A stretch of 64,000 nt of DNA, from positions 26,350,001 through 26,414,000 of the forward strand of contig OX597833.1 of NCBI GenBank assembly GCA_951406725.2, read 5' to 3'. The position numbers were made by a program, and so were the translations under genes. Source of the stretch: Octopus vulgaris (lineage: Eukaryota). The notes beneath the pieces are model-generated. The model was not told where the DNA came from, did not search any database, and saw only the letters and a program-made list of their open reading frames with translations. Positions within the stretch are counted from its first letter, which is position 1, and every line of letters starts with the position of its first letter. This document shows positions 52,845-64,000 of this stretch, one piece after another.

Positions 52845-53048
52845 GTATGTTCCAGTCTAGGACATTTACTCTCCCTCCATGGACAATACCCCACCTCATG
52901 GACAATTACCACTGAGGACAACAGATGATGATTTTAAACTTCTTTAATATCTTGGAGAGGGGATAATTAACCAAGGGTGGTAATTGTCCTAGGGGTTGGT
53001 TGTCGTTGGGGGAATTGTGCTATAGGGAGTAATTGTCCTGATACGGTA
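52845..53048. mobile_element. MITE-like element with iterated subterminal GGACAATTACC motifs
   Basis: Four GGACAWT-type motifs face inward on the left (52860-52922) and about four reverse-complement motifs lie on the right (52979-53040). Confidence 0.55.
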
Positions 53049-53448
53049 TGTTCAGAATGCTTTGTTGAACGGCAAGAGAATCGACTGTCAACTATCTACT
53101 GAAGTATCAGAAAGAATAATACCTCACACTACTGTATCTATGGGCAAGTTACTCTACTTCCAACTGTCACATATCAGCCTAGATATAAGTAGCCCCCACA
53201 GTACAGTACATTTCACTCTACTCTATACAGGGCCAAGACACTCGACCGTCAACTATCTACCTAAGTAGAGGTACGTATCAGAAATGGTAATGGTTCCTGC
53301 TATTGCGTCTATGCAGAAGTTACTCTACATCCAGCTGTAACACATCTGCCTACAGATAAGTAGGTATCACCGTGTAGCACTGTTCCCTCTCTTGTCTCCA
53401 AGGCCAAGCACTCCACTGTCTGTGATCGACTTAAGTAGAAATACGTAT

Positions 53449-53479
<31 letters not shown>

Positions 53480-53508
53480 GCATATGCACGCAAACGCATA
53501 TACGTACA

Positions 53509-53547
<39 letters not shown>

Positions 53548-54024
53548 CCAGATTCTTCACATGCACTTATGTACAGAACTGATTGTTTCACTCTTTACTT
53601 TAGTTAGTCATTCATTTATATATATATTTTTTTAATTTTCGAAAATGAATGTGAGCATCTTTCTTTAGATATTCCACTTATATAATTATGAGGTCACGGC
53701 TTGTACTCTAGACATAAATTGTAGTCTCATGTCAACTTTTCGCCTTGCTATGGATTTCATTTCAATTAGTGAAACATAATGATATATTGCACTGATTTGC
53801 TTCTATACGAGTCATTTATATATAAAGAGATAAGTCCTTAAAAGTACACCGAAATGTTGCAAGTAATATCGCGATTGAAGTATTGAACTATGCACAACAC
53901 AGTAACACATCACCAAGCTATTTTACAGACTTTTTGCGGTTGACATTAGAGAAATATACGTAATACTTCATTTCTGTAGTAGGGACTGTTAAAAAATCAG
54001 TTTCTTCAGTTACCTGGTTTAGGA

Positions 54025-54094
<70 letters not shown>

Positions 54095-54109
54095 TATATA
54101 GAGAGAGAG

Positions 54110-54176
<67 letters not shown>

Positions 54177-54177
54177 A

Positions 54178-54850
54178 TTCGAAAACAAAACCATGACGCA
54201 ATTCACTCTGCCAGAAATTTGGAAAAGACATGCTGTACTGCTTGGCATCTACGCTTGAAGCTCCCCTACGAACAGATGGTGAAGAACCGTTGGGTTGCCT
54301 TGTCCCCAAAACATGTACTGAGAGTGATAAAAATCAAACATCCAGTCAACATCATAGTGTTTGGAGTGATCACTAGCGATGGCGATGTTATGCCTCCATT
54401 CATCTTCCCACATGGCCTCAGACTCAACACGGAGGCCTACATCAAGTGCCTGGAGGAAGTAGTGCTACCCTGAATATTGAAGCTGGTTGCTGGATGACCC
54501 TATGTCCGGTTACAGGACTCTGCACCATGCCATACAAGCAAGAAAACCCAGTCATGGCTGTCAGACCATTTCTGCGACCACATCACCCCTAACATCTGAC
54601 CACCTAAATCCAGACTACAACCCCCTTCATTATTATGTGTGGGGCACAATTGAGTGAGAGACCAACGAAATTCCTTCTAACACGAAAGATGAACTGAAGG
54701 CAAAGTTTATGGTAGCATTCACCAACTTAAACAACGAGACCGTCAAGAATAGCTGCAGGAGAATTCGAAGTAGTCTGGAGGCGGTGGTTGAAGCCAATGG
54801 CGATTTTATTGAATGAAAATTTCTGCGTAATTCAGAGGACAAAATATATT
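54178..54850 (+). mobile_element. Internally deleted Tc1/mariner superfamily fossil (DD37D/maT-like)
   Basis: [56 protein letters not shown], and a PP-x-(S)PD-x-NPL-x-YYVWG remnant whose third catalytic residue position resembles Asp-type (not NPIE) elements. Confidence 0.85.
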
Positions 54851-54859
54851 CACCGTACC

Positions 54860-54893
<34 letters not shown>

Positions 54894-55383
54894 TTACACA
54901 CGTACACACACATACACATACACACCACCACGACCACACCACATCACACTACGCCACATACAGGTGTCTTGATGCTAGGGCACCCATGCAACAAATCCTT
55001 AAGTATCTAATATCTAATCTTTCAATTTGAAGACTCATGTCACGGTTAACAGTGACATGAAATATTTGAAAATATGAAAAAAAAAAATACAATGTGGATG
55101 CTGAGAAAGTGACTTAACGACAGAGAAGTTCCAAAGGCTGTTAGAGTATAATTTCATTGTCAATGACGTTGGAAATGTGAGTATGTTAAAGTTAGAATGA
55201 AAAGTCTATTTTTTACTGCGCAAAGATGACGATAAAATGCAGGGGACGTAACTCTAGAATGTCTAATTGTAGTTATTCAATGCAAAGTAAAAGTGAGAAA
55301 ATATTGTGTTGGCGTGGAGAAAAAATATCTCTAAACCTCATAAGCATGCGTAATACGGAATCTAGCACAAAGATGCAGACACA

Positions 55384-55415
<32 letters not shown>

Positions 55416-55968
55416 TACATGTACACAAGCACACACACACGAACATAAACACGAGCACGCAGAAAAACACACACATAAACATACGCAAACGCACACACAT
55501 ACACATAAACGCACACACAGGAACACAAACGCAAACACGCACACACATACATATACAAACACGCACACACATACATATACACTCACACACGCACATACAC
55601 ACACATACACTCACACACAAGACCATACAAGCAAGCAAACATACAAACACCACCCTCCACACACACACACACACACACACACATATAGACACATGCAGAT
55701 ACACATGCAAAGGCATGTACATTGTGAGATTAAAACGCATACACCTGCATGCTATACACAAATGCACATACACATACATTCACGCATATACATGAATATA
55801 TGAAGATAAAGAGGGAGAGGCAGAGAGACAGGCATACAGATAGCTAAACAAACGTATTTCTGTGCCTACATCCATCCATCCATCAATGCATACATATACT
55901 AACGTAGATGCACTCACTCACACAGGGACACACACACATATACTCGCGCACACACGCACACACGCTTA

Positions 55969-56015
<47 letters not shown>

Positions 56016-56051
56016 CCTTAAGGGGTACGTATATGTGTACGTATGCATATA

Positions 56052-56090
<39 letters not shown>

Positions 56091-56115
56091 ATATATATAT
56101 ATATATATATAAATT

Positions 56116-56189
<74 letters not shown>

Positions 56190-56659
56190 GTATGTATATA
56201 TATATGTATATATATAAATTATACATATATATACATACATATATATATATATACCTTAACGTAAGTATACATAGATAGATACATAAATACATACATATAT
56301 GTATTTATGCATGTGTGTGTGTATATATACATACATACACATACACACACACACACATATATATACATGTATACACATATACATATATATATATATGCAT
56401 ATACGTATGTATGTACGTGTTTTTTTTTTTGTCAGTATGTACATGCCACTCTATGTATCTATGCATCTATGTAGGTATTGTAGGTTTGCATATTTTTATT
56501 TGCGCACGGAGGATTGATTGCATGATTATGTGGGTGTTATGTGATTAAGCGAAACATATTTGATTAAACAAATCAAATAAACAGAGTATTCTCTTTGGAA
56601 TTCTTTTAAATGTAACAATTATGTCTTCATTCACATGATTCGCAAACATTTCCACATAC

Positions 56660-56690
<31 letters not shown>

Positions 56691-56787
56691 ATACTTCTGT
56701 ATGTCTGTCTGTCTATACAGGTTTTCATTTGATGGAAATTGGATATAGTTCTGTGTCTGAGTGATTGCGTGCGCGAGCATGTGTGTG

Positions 56788-56818
<31 letters not shown>

Positions 56819-57534
56819 AGCATTATACGCTCTTCCAGTGATCACGCGTACAATATAAGACAAGCACGTATATGCTCTCCCTGTCTCTGTCTCCCCCTCT
56901 CTCTCTATCCCCCACTTTCTCTCTCTTTCCCCCACTCTTTCTCTCACTCTTTCCCTCACTCTTTCTTTCTCTCTTTACCCTACTCTATCTCTTTCTCTCT
57001 ATCTCTCTCTCATTGTGTTTATATTTCTCTCGCTCTCTTTATCGCTCACACTCATTCCTCATCTCTTTATTTCCCTCCCTCTTTTTTCTCTCCTTTTTCT
57101 CATCTTTCTATGTATTTCTCTCATCCTCCATCTCACTCTTCTCTCTCTGTATCTCTCTCTCCCTCCATCTGTTTGTATATGTTTGTGAGCGTACGCACTT
57201 GCCTGCGTGTGTGTGTGTAAAAGAGTATACCTGTATAATTGAAGGATTAATATTTATTTAACAGTTCCAGCATTTAATTACATAAACAAACTCTTCAAAC
57301 TCACTTAAGAATTCTTTTCTTCCTTTTGTCCCTCCAAATTAAACTGACCACCTAAATTTATTGCCAATCCTATTTCTTTTCCTCCTACTACTAATGACAA
57401 TGCTTTTAGTTTCCTTTTTAAAACGATTTCCACCCAAATGTAAAATCATCTTTTGTTCCATTAATTTTCATTGTTCACAGTAAACGGTTGTGATTGTCTC
57501 ATTTTCTGTTTATCTTATCCAAGGCCATAAAGAT

Positions 57535-57852
57535 TTGTCGCATGGTTGCGTGTTTAGGGCTTCCGCTCCTGGTTGTAACTTCGTGAGTTCCATCACGATG
57601 GCGTGCTGTGTCTCTAAAAAAGACCCTTCATTTCACCTTGCTTCGTCCACTCAGCTGGCAAAAATGAGATGTACATGTTTTTCAAAAGGCCGAGCTTGTC
57701 ACATTCAGTCTCACGTTGTACCTCACAGAGAACTACATTAAGCCTACGCGTGCGTGTGGAGTGCTCAACCACTTACACGCTAATTTCACGAGGGGGTTGA
57801 TCGGTCGATCTGATTAACCGGACCCCTCGTCGTCGAAGCGGATCGAGTGTCA
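57535..57852 (+). mobile_element. SINE family A, degraded
   Basis: TTCATTTCACCTTGCTTCGTCCACTCAGCTGGCAAAAATGAG...GTGGAGTGCTCAACCACTT...CCCTCGTCGTCG. Confidence 0.72.
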
Positions 57853-58099
57853 CTCATCATTCCACCATGATCTTTCCGTAAACAACCGCGCATTTTCGGT
57901 CACACAGCAGTGATGTCAAGAGTGGAAGTCTATATGATATTATGCGTATCTGCATGATAAAGACACATTCGATATTGTGCATATCTGCATATTGATAATA
58001 AATACTGTATTGTATATATCTGCATTTTTAAGATGATATGATACTGTTTATATTTTCATGGAAAACCCTCTCTCTCTCTCTGTCTGTATATATATATAC

Positions 58100-58410
58100 A
58101 TATACCCTCAAAGGTTATTTTTATGATTTATTCTCACTGTCTTGTTCTTGCTACCACTTTCACCCACTGCAAAAATCCCAAATTTTATTTAATTTGCTTT
58201 GCAGGAAGGACTGTTTCAACAAAGTCGCGTCTTGTTCTTGCCTGCTGAAGAAGGGGAATATTTTTTTTATGTTGTATGTCTCGTCTCATGTTATTTTTTG
58301 TTTCTTTTTTTTTTTTCGTTGTTCGAAAAAAAGTTCGTTTCCATGTTTTTGTTTTCATGTTTTCGTTTCTCATTGTGTTCAAAGTTTTTTTTTATATCCT
58401 GTACCCATAT
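58100..58410 (+). mobile_element. Mini-element family H2 (copy 3, internal deletion across the ribozyme)
   Basis: CTGAAGAAGGGGAATA...TCCTGTACCCATA matches the minus strand of 29520-29670. CGCGTC-TTGTTC lies upstream. Confidence 0.65.
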
Positions 58411-58595
58411 ATACATGTATACATACATATATATGTTGGTATGTACATATATGTATATATATATATGCATATACTTATATATTATTTATATTATATGATC
58501 GAACACCACGCATCCTTTTCCAAGTAAGTTTTATATATATACATACATACATACATACAGTAATAGTGTAACATATCCTTTAAAAGTAAATCACA

Positions 58596-58659
<64 letters not shown>

Positions 58660-58665
<6 letters not shown>

Positions 58666-60712
58666 TAATAAGGATACACCGGAGACGTTTAACATGTAAG
58701 AGCGATAAAACACTGCTCTGAAATTTATCAAAAATAAAGACATCCCATGGAGCCAAATATAGCTGACAAATGGTTGGACTATACCCGAGTAAGTAATACT
58801 CATTGAAATTTATTTCTGTTTTCCAAATGAAATGTTGTATTTTCACTGGATATCATCTCCACTGCTCGCACAGCACATGTAAACACGCTTGATACATTAC
58901 GATCCATTAACACCAGACCATCTCCGGCCCCAAACACCATGTACAAAAACTTTTTTTATAAATTAAATAATATCAGTATTATTCAACCAAAGAATAACAA
59001 TCGGGAAGTGCGTACTTTAAACTTGTTACACAAAAAGAACGAAAAACTACACGTGCAAAACAATTTGGCAACAGAAATGAACGGACTGAAGAGATCACCC
59101 AGGCACTGCAAAGGTACCTTACGAAAATGATGACCGTCAAAATAAAGGGCCGAGCGTTGTTTCTCATGTCCGCATATAAAACTGAAAAGGCATATTTCAA
59201 TCCTACACGCTTACTTTACAGCAGTGCTCTACCCAAAGAACGAAAACAACATATGCACATAAAATCTGGAAGAAAAATAACCTAAATAAAGACTTGAATA
59301 CGCCAATGAACCCTAATAAACTAGCTAACATACGAATATATATTCTCAAAGCAAAAACAAAATATATAAGAAATAGAAATAGAACATTTAAAAGGAAAAA
59401 TTCATCAGGAAAATGTAGTTAGAAGCCATACAGCAATGCCAAATAATAACAGACACTGAGATAGTAAAACACGAAGACAGACGTAACATATCCAACAAAA
59501 ACGAAGTAAACAAGAAGCAACAAACACAGAGGGTAGGGATGTATAATAATGTACAAAAAGCACCAATCCAGAACACCACAGACAAGCATATGAATGAGAA
59601 GGAAGGCGAAACAAATCTTAAACCTGGAAACAGTGAAGGGGAATCTAATGATTATGATACTATAAAAATGAGAATAATCAAAGAACTGAAAAACCGCAGA
59701 TCTCAGAATTGACCACCGATTATAGCTCCCAAAAATCAAAATAGAGAATAAAACAACATCAATAATAAATAGCATAAACCTAGCCGTCACGAAACTAATA
59801 GCCACAGAAACAAATGGCAATACCACTGAGCTAAATGACATTATACATGCAGCAGCCACTGCGGCCACAAAAGAAGCTGGATACTCCCTCAAACCCATCA
59901 AATTAGGAGTACCACCACCCAAACAAACCCTGTGGATAAATAATATCCACAAAAAAAAAAAGAAAGAAAGAGAAAAGATCTGTCAATCCGTAACGAAACT
60001 AGTAAACAATCAACACTAGCAAGCAACAAGAAGAAAACAAAAATACCGTGAAAATACAACATTAATGAAAACAAAATTACCTGAGGTAAAAGAAAATCTG
60101 AAGCAAGATATCCTTGCCAAAGCATAAAGGATCCGCCGGTATGAGAAACGCCAACGTTTCTTTGAACAAAATAAACAGTTCAACTCCAACCCCAAAAAGT
60201 TCTACCAAGAACTTGGCAAAAATAAGATATCACTGCAGCACCAACAACAGAAGAAGTGGAAGAATTTTGGAAAGAAATATGGTCGGCGAAGGAACAACCT
60301 CCGAAAGGGACTATTAAAAGAACGAACTTAGCAACTGAGCAACCCTGGACCCCTATAACAACAGAAGAGTTCACCCAGGCACTGCAAAGACTAAGCAACT
60401 GGAAGACATCTGGGCACAACAAGATCCCCAACTTTGGTTAAAATACCTGACAGGAATACACAAAAAGCTGGCTGAAAACTTTAACAATGCCGGAATGGCT
60501 CACGAAAGGGAAAACTATTTTAATTCCCAAATCCAATGAAACGACAAACCTGTCTCCCTACAATTCACAAAGCCTTTACTGCAATAATATCACAAAGATT
60601 GAGCAAAATCTGGAAGAAAACAACCTGTTTCCAGAAGAACAGAAGGGATGCTGCAACGGCTCATACAGTGGTAAAGATCAACTAATGATCAATAAAGTCA
60701 TAACTGAAGACA
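58660..60712 (+). mobile_element. 5' portion of a pseudogenised R4/Dong-clade LINE
   Basis: Begins right after (AAT)n. Remnants: EEFWKEIWS, LSNWKTSGHNKIPNF, PEWLTKGKTILIPK, LEENNLFPEEQKGC and KDQLMINKVI (start of RT). Truncated at (TATG)n. Confidence 0.85.
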
Positions 60713-61099
60713 TATATGTTTGTATGTATGTATATATGTATGTATGTATTTATGTGTGTATGTATGCATGTATGTATGTATGCATGTATGTATGTATGTA
60801 TGTATGTATGTATGTATGCATGTATGCATGTATGTATGTATGTATGTATGTATGTATGTATGTATGTATGTATGTATGAATGTATGTATGTATGTATGTA
60901 TGTATGTATGTATGTATGCATGCATGTATGTACGTATGTATCAAAAATCCACTCACTTTACCAACTAGGCTTAATGGTTCATCTGTGAAGTCGACTATGC
61001 AACAAAATTTACAGACATACGCCCACACATTTACGTAGGATGTACTGCCCAAGAATAAAGACAGACAACACACCTGGTATTGAATACGTACACATCCAT

Positions 61100-61305
61100 T
61101 TTGAATTTTGGTACAGGGCAAGCAAATTTAAGGGAAGGATTAAGTCGATTACATTGACCCCAGTCCTCAACTGGTACTTATTTTACTGACCCCGAAAGGA
61201 TAAGAGACAAGGTTAACCTCGGCGGAATTTGACCTCAAATACGTAAAGTCGGAAGAAATGCTGTTTAACTTTTTACCCGACGTGCTTACGATTCTGCCAG
61301 CTCAT
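61100..61305 (-). mobile_element. SINE family B
   Basis: CTGGTACTTATTTTACTGACCCCGAAAGG...CTCGGCGGAATTTGA...TTCTGCCAGCTC on the plus strand. Confidence 0.78.
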
Positions 61306-62368
61306 TACGTTTTTAAATACATATATATCAACACAATGAGTATTAGTGATTCATTCCCATTAAAAATTCCGTCAAGTGCTAAAATAATACGCTTAATGTT
61401 GCCGTATGGAATACAAAAAAAAAAAAAGACAATCATGTACAATCACAGATCTGCCATGCAGATATGCACATTTCTTCTAGATTAAGTGAGAACACTAACA
61501 CCTATGATCACCTGCTTCGAAAACGGCAGTTTTTCAGCTCTGTTTATATATTTCCATTTACACCAATAATTATTGGCGAAGTTACTATGTTAGCAAGTGC
61601 TCAACTTACAGTTGAGAAAATGTAGATTTTCAGGTACCAGAGTAGAAGTACTCGAGAAACACGATTCATGCACGGAACAGATAAACAATGTTCTTTTGAA
61701 GTTTCACGTGTTGTTTTTAAAATGTCAGTTGCCTTCAAGATATGTACTTCTGTTTTAAAATCACCGAGAAAGAAAAATTTGCGGACAACAGCTTCGAATC
61801 TTACATTACGTATGTAAACTCACATTTGTACCAATAATTATTAGATCATTTGCTTATATTAGTGAAATCTTGACGCCAAGAATATGACCAGTTCGAAGGC
61901 ATATTTCCAAATATAATATTTGTAAGAAGAATAGTAACACCATTTTCTAAACCAATACACAACACTCGGTCGTTGTTGTTGCTGTGTAAACTCCAGCGAT
62001 GGTGCTTGTTTGTTTGTTCGTTTGTTTTCTTTCTGTTGTTTGCTACAAAAGAAATTCTTATTACTGGGATACATGTATGTTGATGCATACGTACTGAAAT
62101 AGATATACATATGCATGTATATATTCATAGGTTTATATGTATGACGGCATGTTTGTATATACAAGATTACAGTGAACATAAGGACCAGTATTTGCAAGTG
62201 AACACTAAACAAGAAACCGCTGAAGTGAAACGATACAAATATGAAAATTTCTAGAGATAAAAACATTTGTTATCTCACTTCTGCCGTTGCTGTACAGACG
62301 CATTTGGATTTGATCATCATATATATACAATGTGTGTGTGTGAGTGCTTGTATACATATATATGTACA

Positions 62369-62430
<62 letters not shown>

Positions 62431-62587
62431 CATTTAAATATATACATATATAAATACTCACGCACACACACGCATATATATAATATATATATACACATAC
62501 ACACACACAAACATATATATATATATAATATATCTATACACACATGTATACGTTTATGTTCTCTAGTTTTCTCTCGTTCACCCAGTA

Positions 62588-62650
<63 letters not shown>

Positions 62651-63069
62651 ATGTATGTATGTATGTATGTATATATGTATACACGCACACACACACATAC
62701 ACACACACACACGTACTGCCTCGTGACATAGAAATTATTTGAAACTCCAAAGTTAATTGAAATTTATCCATAAGCTAACCAAAGCAAATGGATTATGTTT
62801 TCCATAAACCACATCAGTATTGTTACTTCTAGTTGTTTACTTGCTTGCTGCTGCTGCTGCTGCTACTACTACTACTGCTGACAACTATAATATTAACAGA
62901 TGTAACAAGTGCTAATAACAGTCTGTGTAATAATGTAATGATATTTTATTCATAGTAATGGAGTGATAGCCATCAATGATCTATTAATGGCGGTTTCAAT
63001 AATAATAGAATTGGTTGTATATGTGCAAATGAATGTGCTGTAATTATGATACTATAAAGACTAAATAAT

Positions 63070-63415
63070 GGTTTAAAATTTTGTCACAGAACCCGCAGAT
63101 TTTGGGAAAGGGGGAAATCGATTACATTACCCCAGTACTTGACTGGCACTTATTTTATCGATTGCGAAAGGATAAAAGGTCAAATCAACCAAGGCGGAAT
63201 TCGAACTCAGAACATATTGATTTCAAATTTTTGCACATGGCCAGCAACATCGGTAGTGTGGGTAAGTCGATAACATCGAGCTCCAGTGCCCAACTTGTAC
63301 TTATTTTATCGACACCAAAAATGAAATGCAAATCAGCCACGGCGGCATTTGAATTCAAGACATTTTGACTGGCGAAATGCCGCTGAACCCTTTTCCCCGC
63401 ATGCTAACTGTCCTT
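63070..63415 (-). mobile_element. Two tandem degraded SINE family B units
   Basis: ACTTATTTTATCGA...GGCGGMATT-GAA-TCA occurs twice (about 63148-63210 and 63299-63360). Confidence 0.65.
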
Positions 63416-64000
63416 CTAGATAACCATTTTCGTTTACAGAAGATAAAAGAAAAAAAAAACATGTAATAATGGAATTTATTTCATGAGTATAAATATTTTA
63501 ATTATCACTTCGATCTCATGTCATGTTCGTTTAGATGTAATACTAACACGTTTTGTGACAAACTTGATAGTATTAGCGAGTACTGATCCCTTATAATCTG
63601 CGTTTACAGTCACAGCATTATCAACTTTGGGATTCATCCTTTTGAGGTTCAAACAAGAATGTATCTCATCTTTCTGTTATTAACGTTGTTGTTGTCGTAG
63701 TTGTTGTTTAAACAGAAGATATCTTTGATGAACAAACTGTCATCAGTTTCAACTTCTATCCCCCAGTTATGGCTTCAGTAGATGCGCATTATGCAAAGAT
63801 TTATCCTTGCATATTCCTCGCCGGTACTTCTTAACATTGGAGAAATTCGATGAGAACAATGATTGCAATGAGAACATGCACCGTCTGCTGTCAATAATGT
63901 CTTCAGGTGGAAGCTCGCTGTTAGCGTATTTATGTGTTACTATGTAGAGGGAAAGTTACTGCCAACCCAAACAGCTTAAACCCAAGAGTGCTCCAAAATA

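Noticed and set aside
53080-53450. Loose ~140-bp-spaced repeats (GAC-GTCAACTATCTAC...GTATCAGAAA)
   Set aside because: Only two or three degenerate copies. Looks like an old local duplication with no further structure.

Overview
AT-rich, microsatellite-saturated metazoan non-coding DNA. The repeat inventory suggests a coleoid cephalopod, probably Octopus; this is an inference. No host protein-coding gene can be called confidently. Nearly all ORFs in the supplied track are translations of (TA)n, (CA)n, (TATG)n, (GATA)n or (AAT)n repeats or of dead transposons. The window holds: three families of tRNA-derived SINEs (about 25 copies); R4/Dong-clade (RLE-type) LINE remnants next to (AAT)n, plus a stacked array of a non-coding (AAT)n-tailed element; RTE-like fragments; five or six Tc1/mariner fossils; and three short non-autonomous Helitrons that exchange ends. 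The most interesting signal is a set of short (100-400 bp) ORF-less elements inside (TA)n tracts that carry hammerhead-ribozyme motifs read by eye. These are a type I hammerhead inside a 78-bp perfect palindrome (47900-47948), a G3:C8 core-swapped minimal hammerhead (23725-23774) and a U4C minimal hammerhead (38275-38309). Two further, apparently unrelated families have the three hammerhead strands in a non-circularly permuted order (15995-16060; 29650-30290 with 58226-58256). They resemble Penelope-like-element termini or retrozymes. Ribozyme activity is untested.
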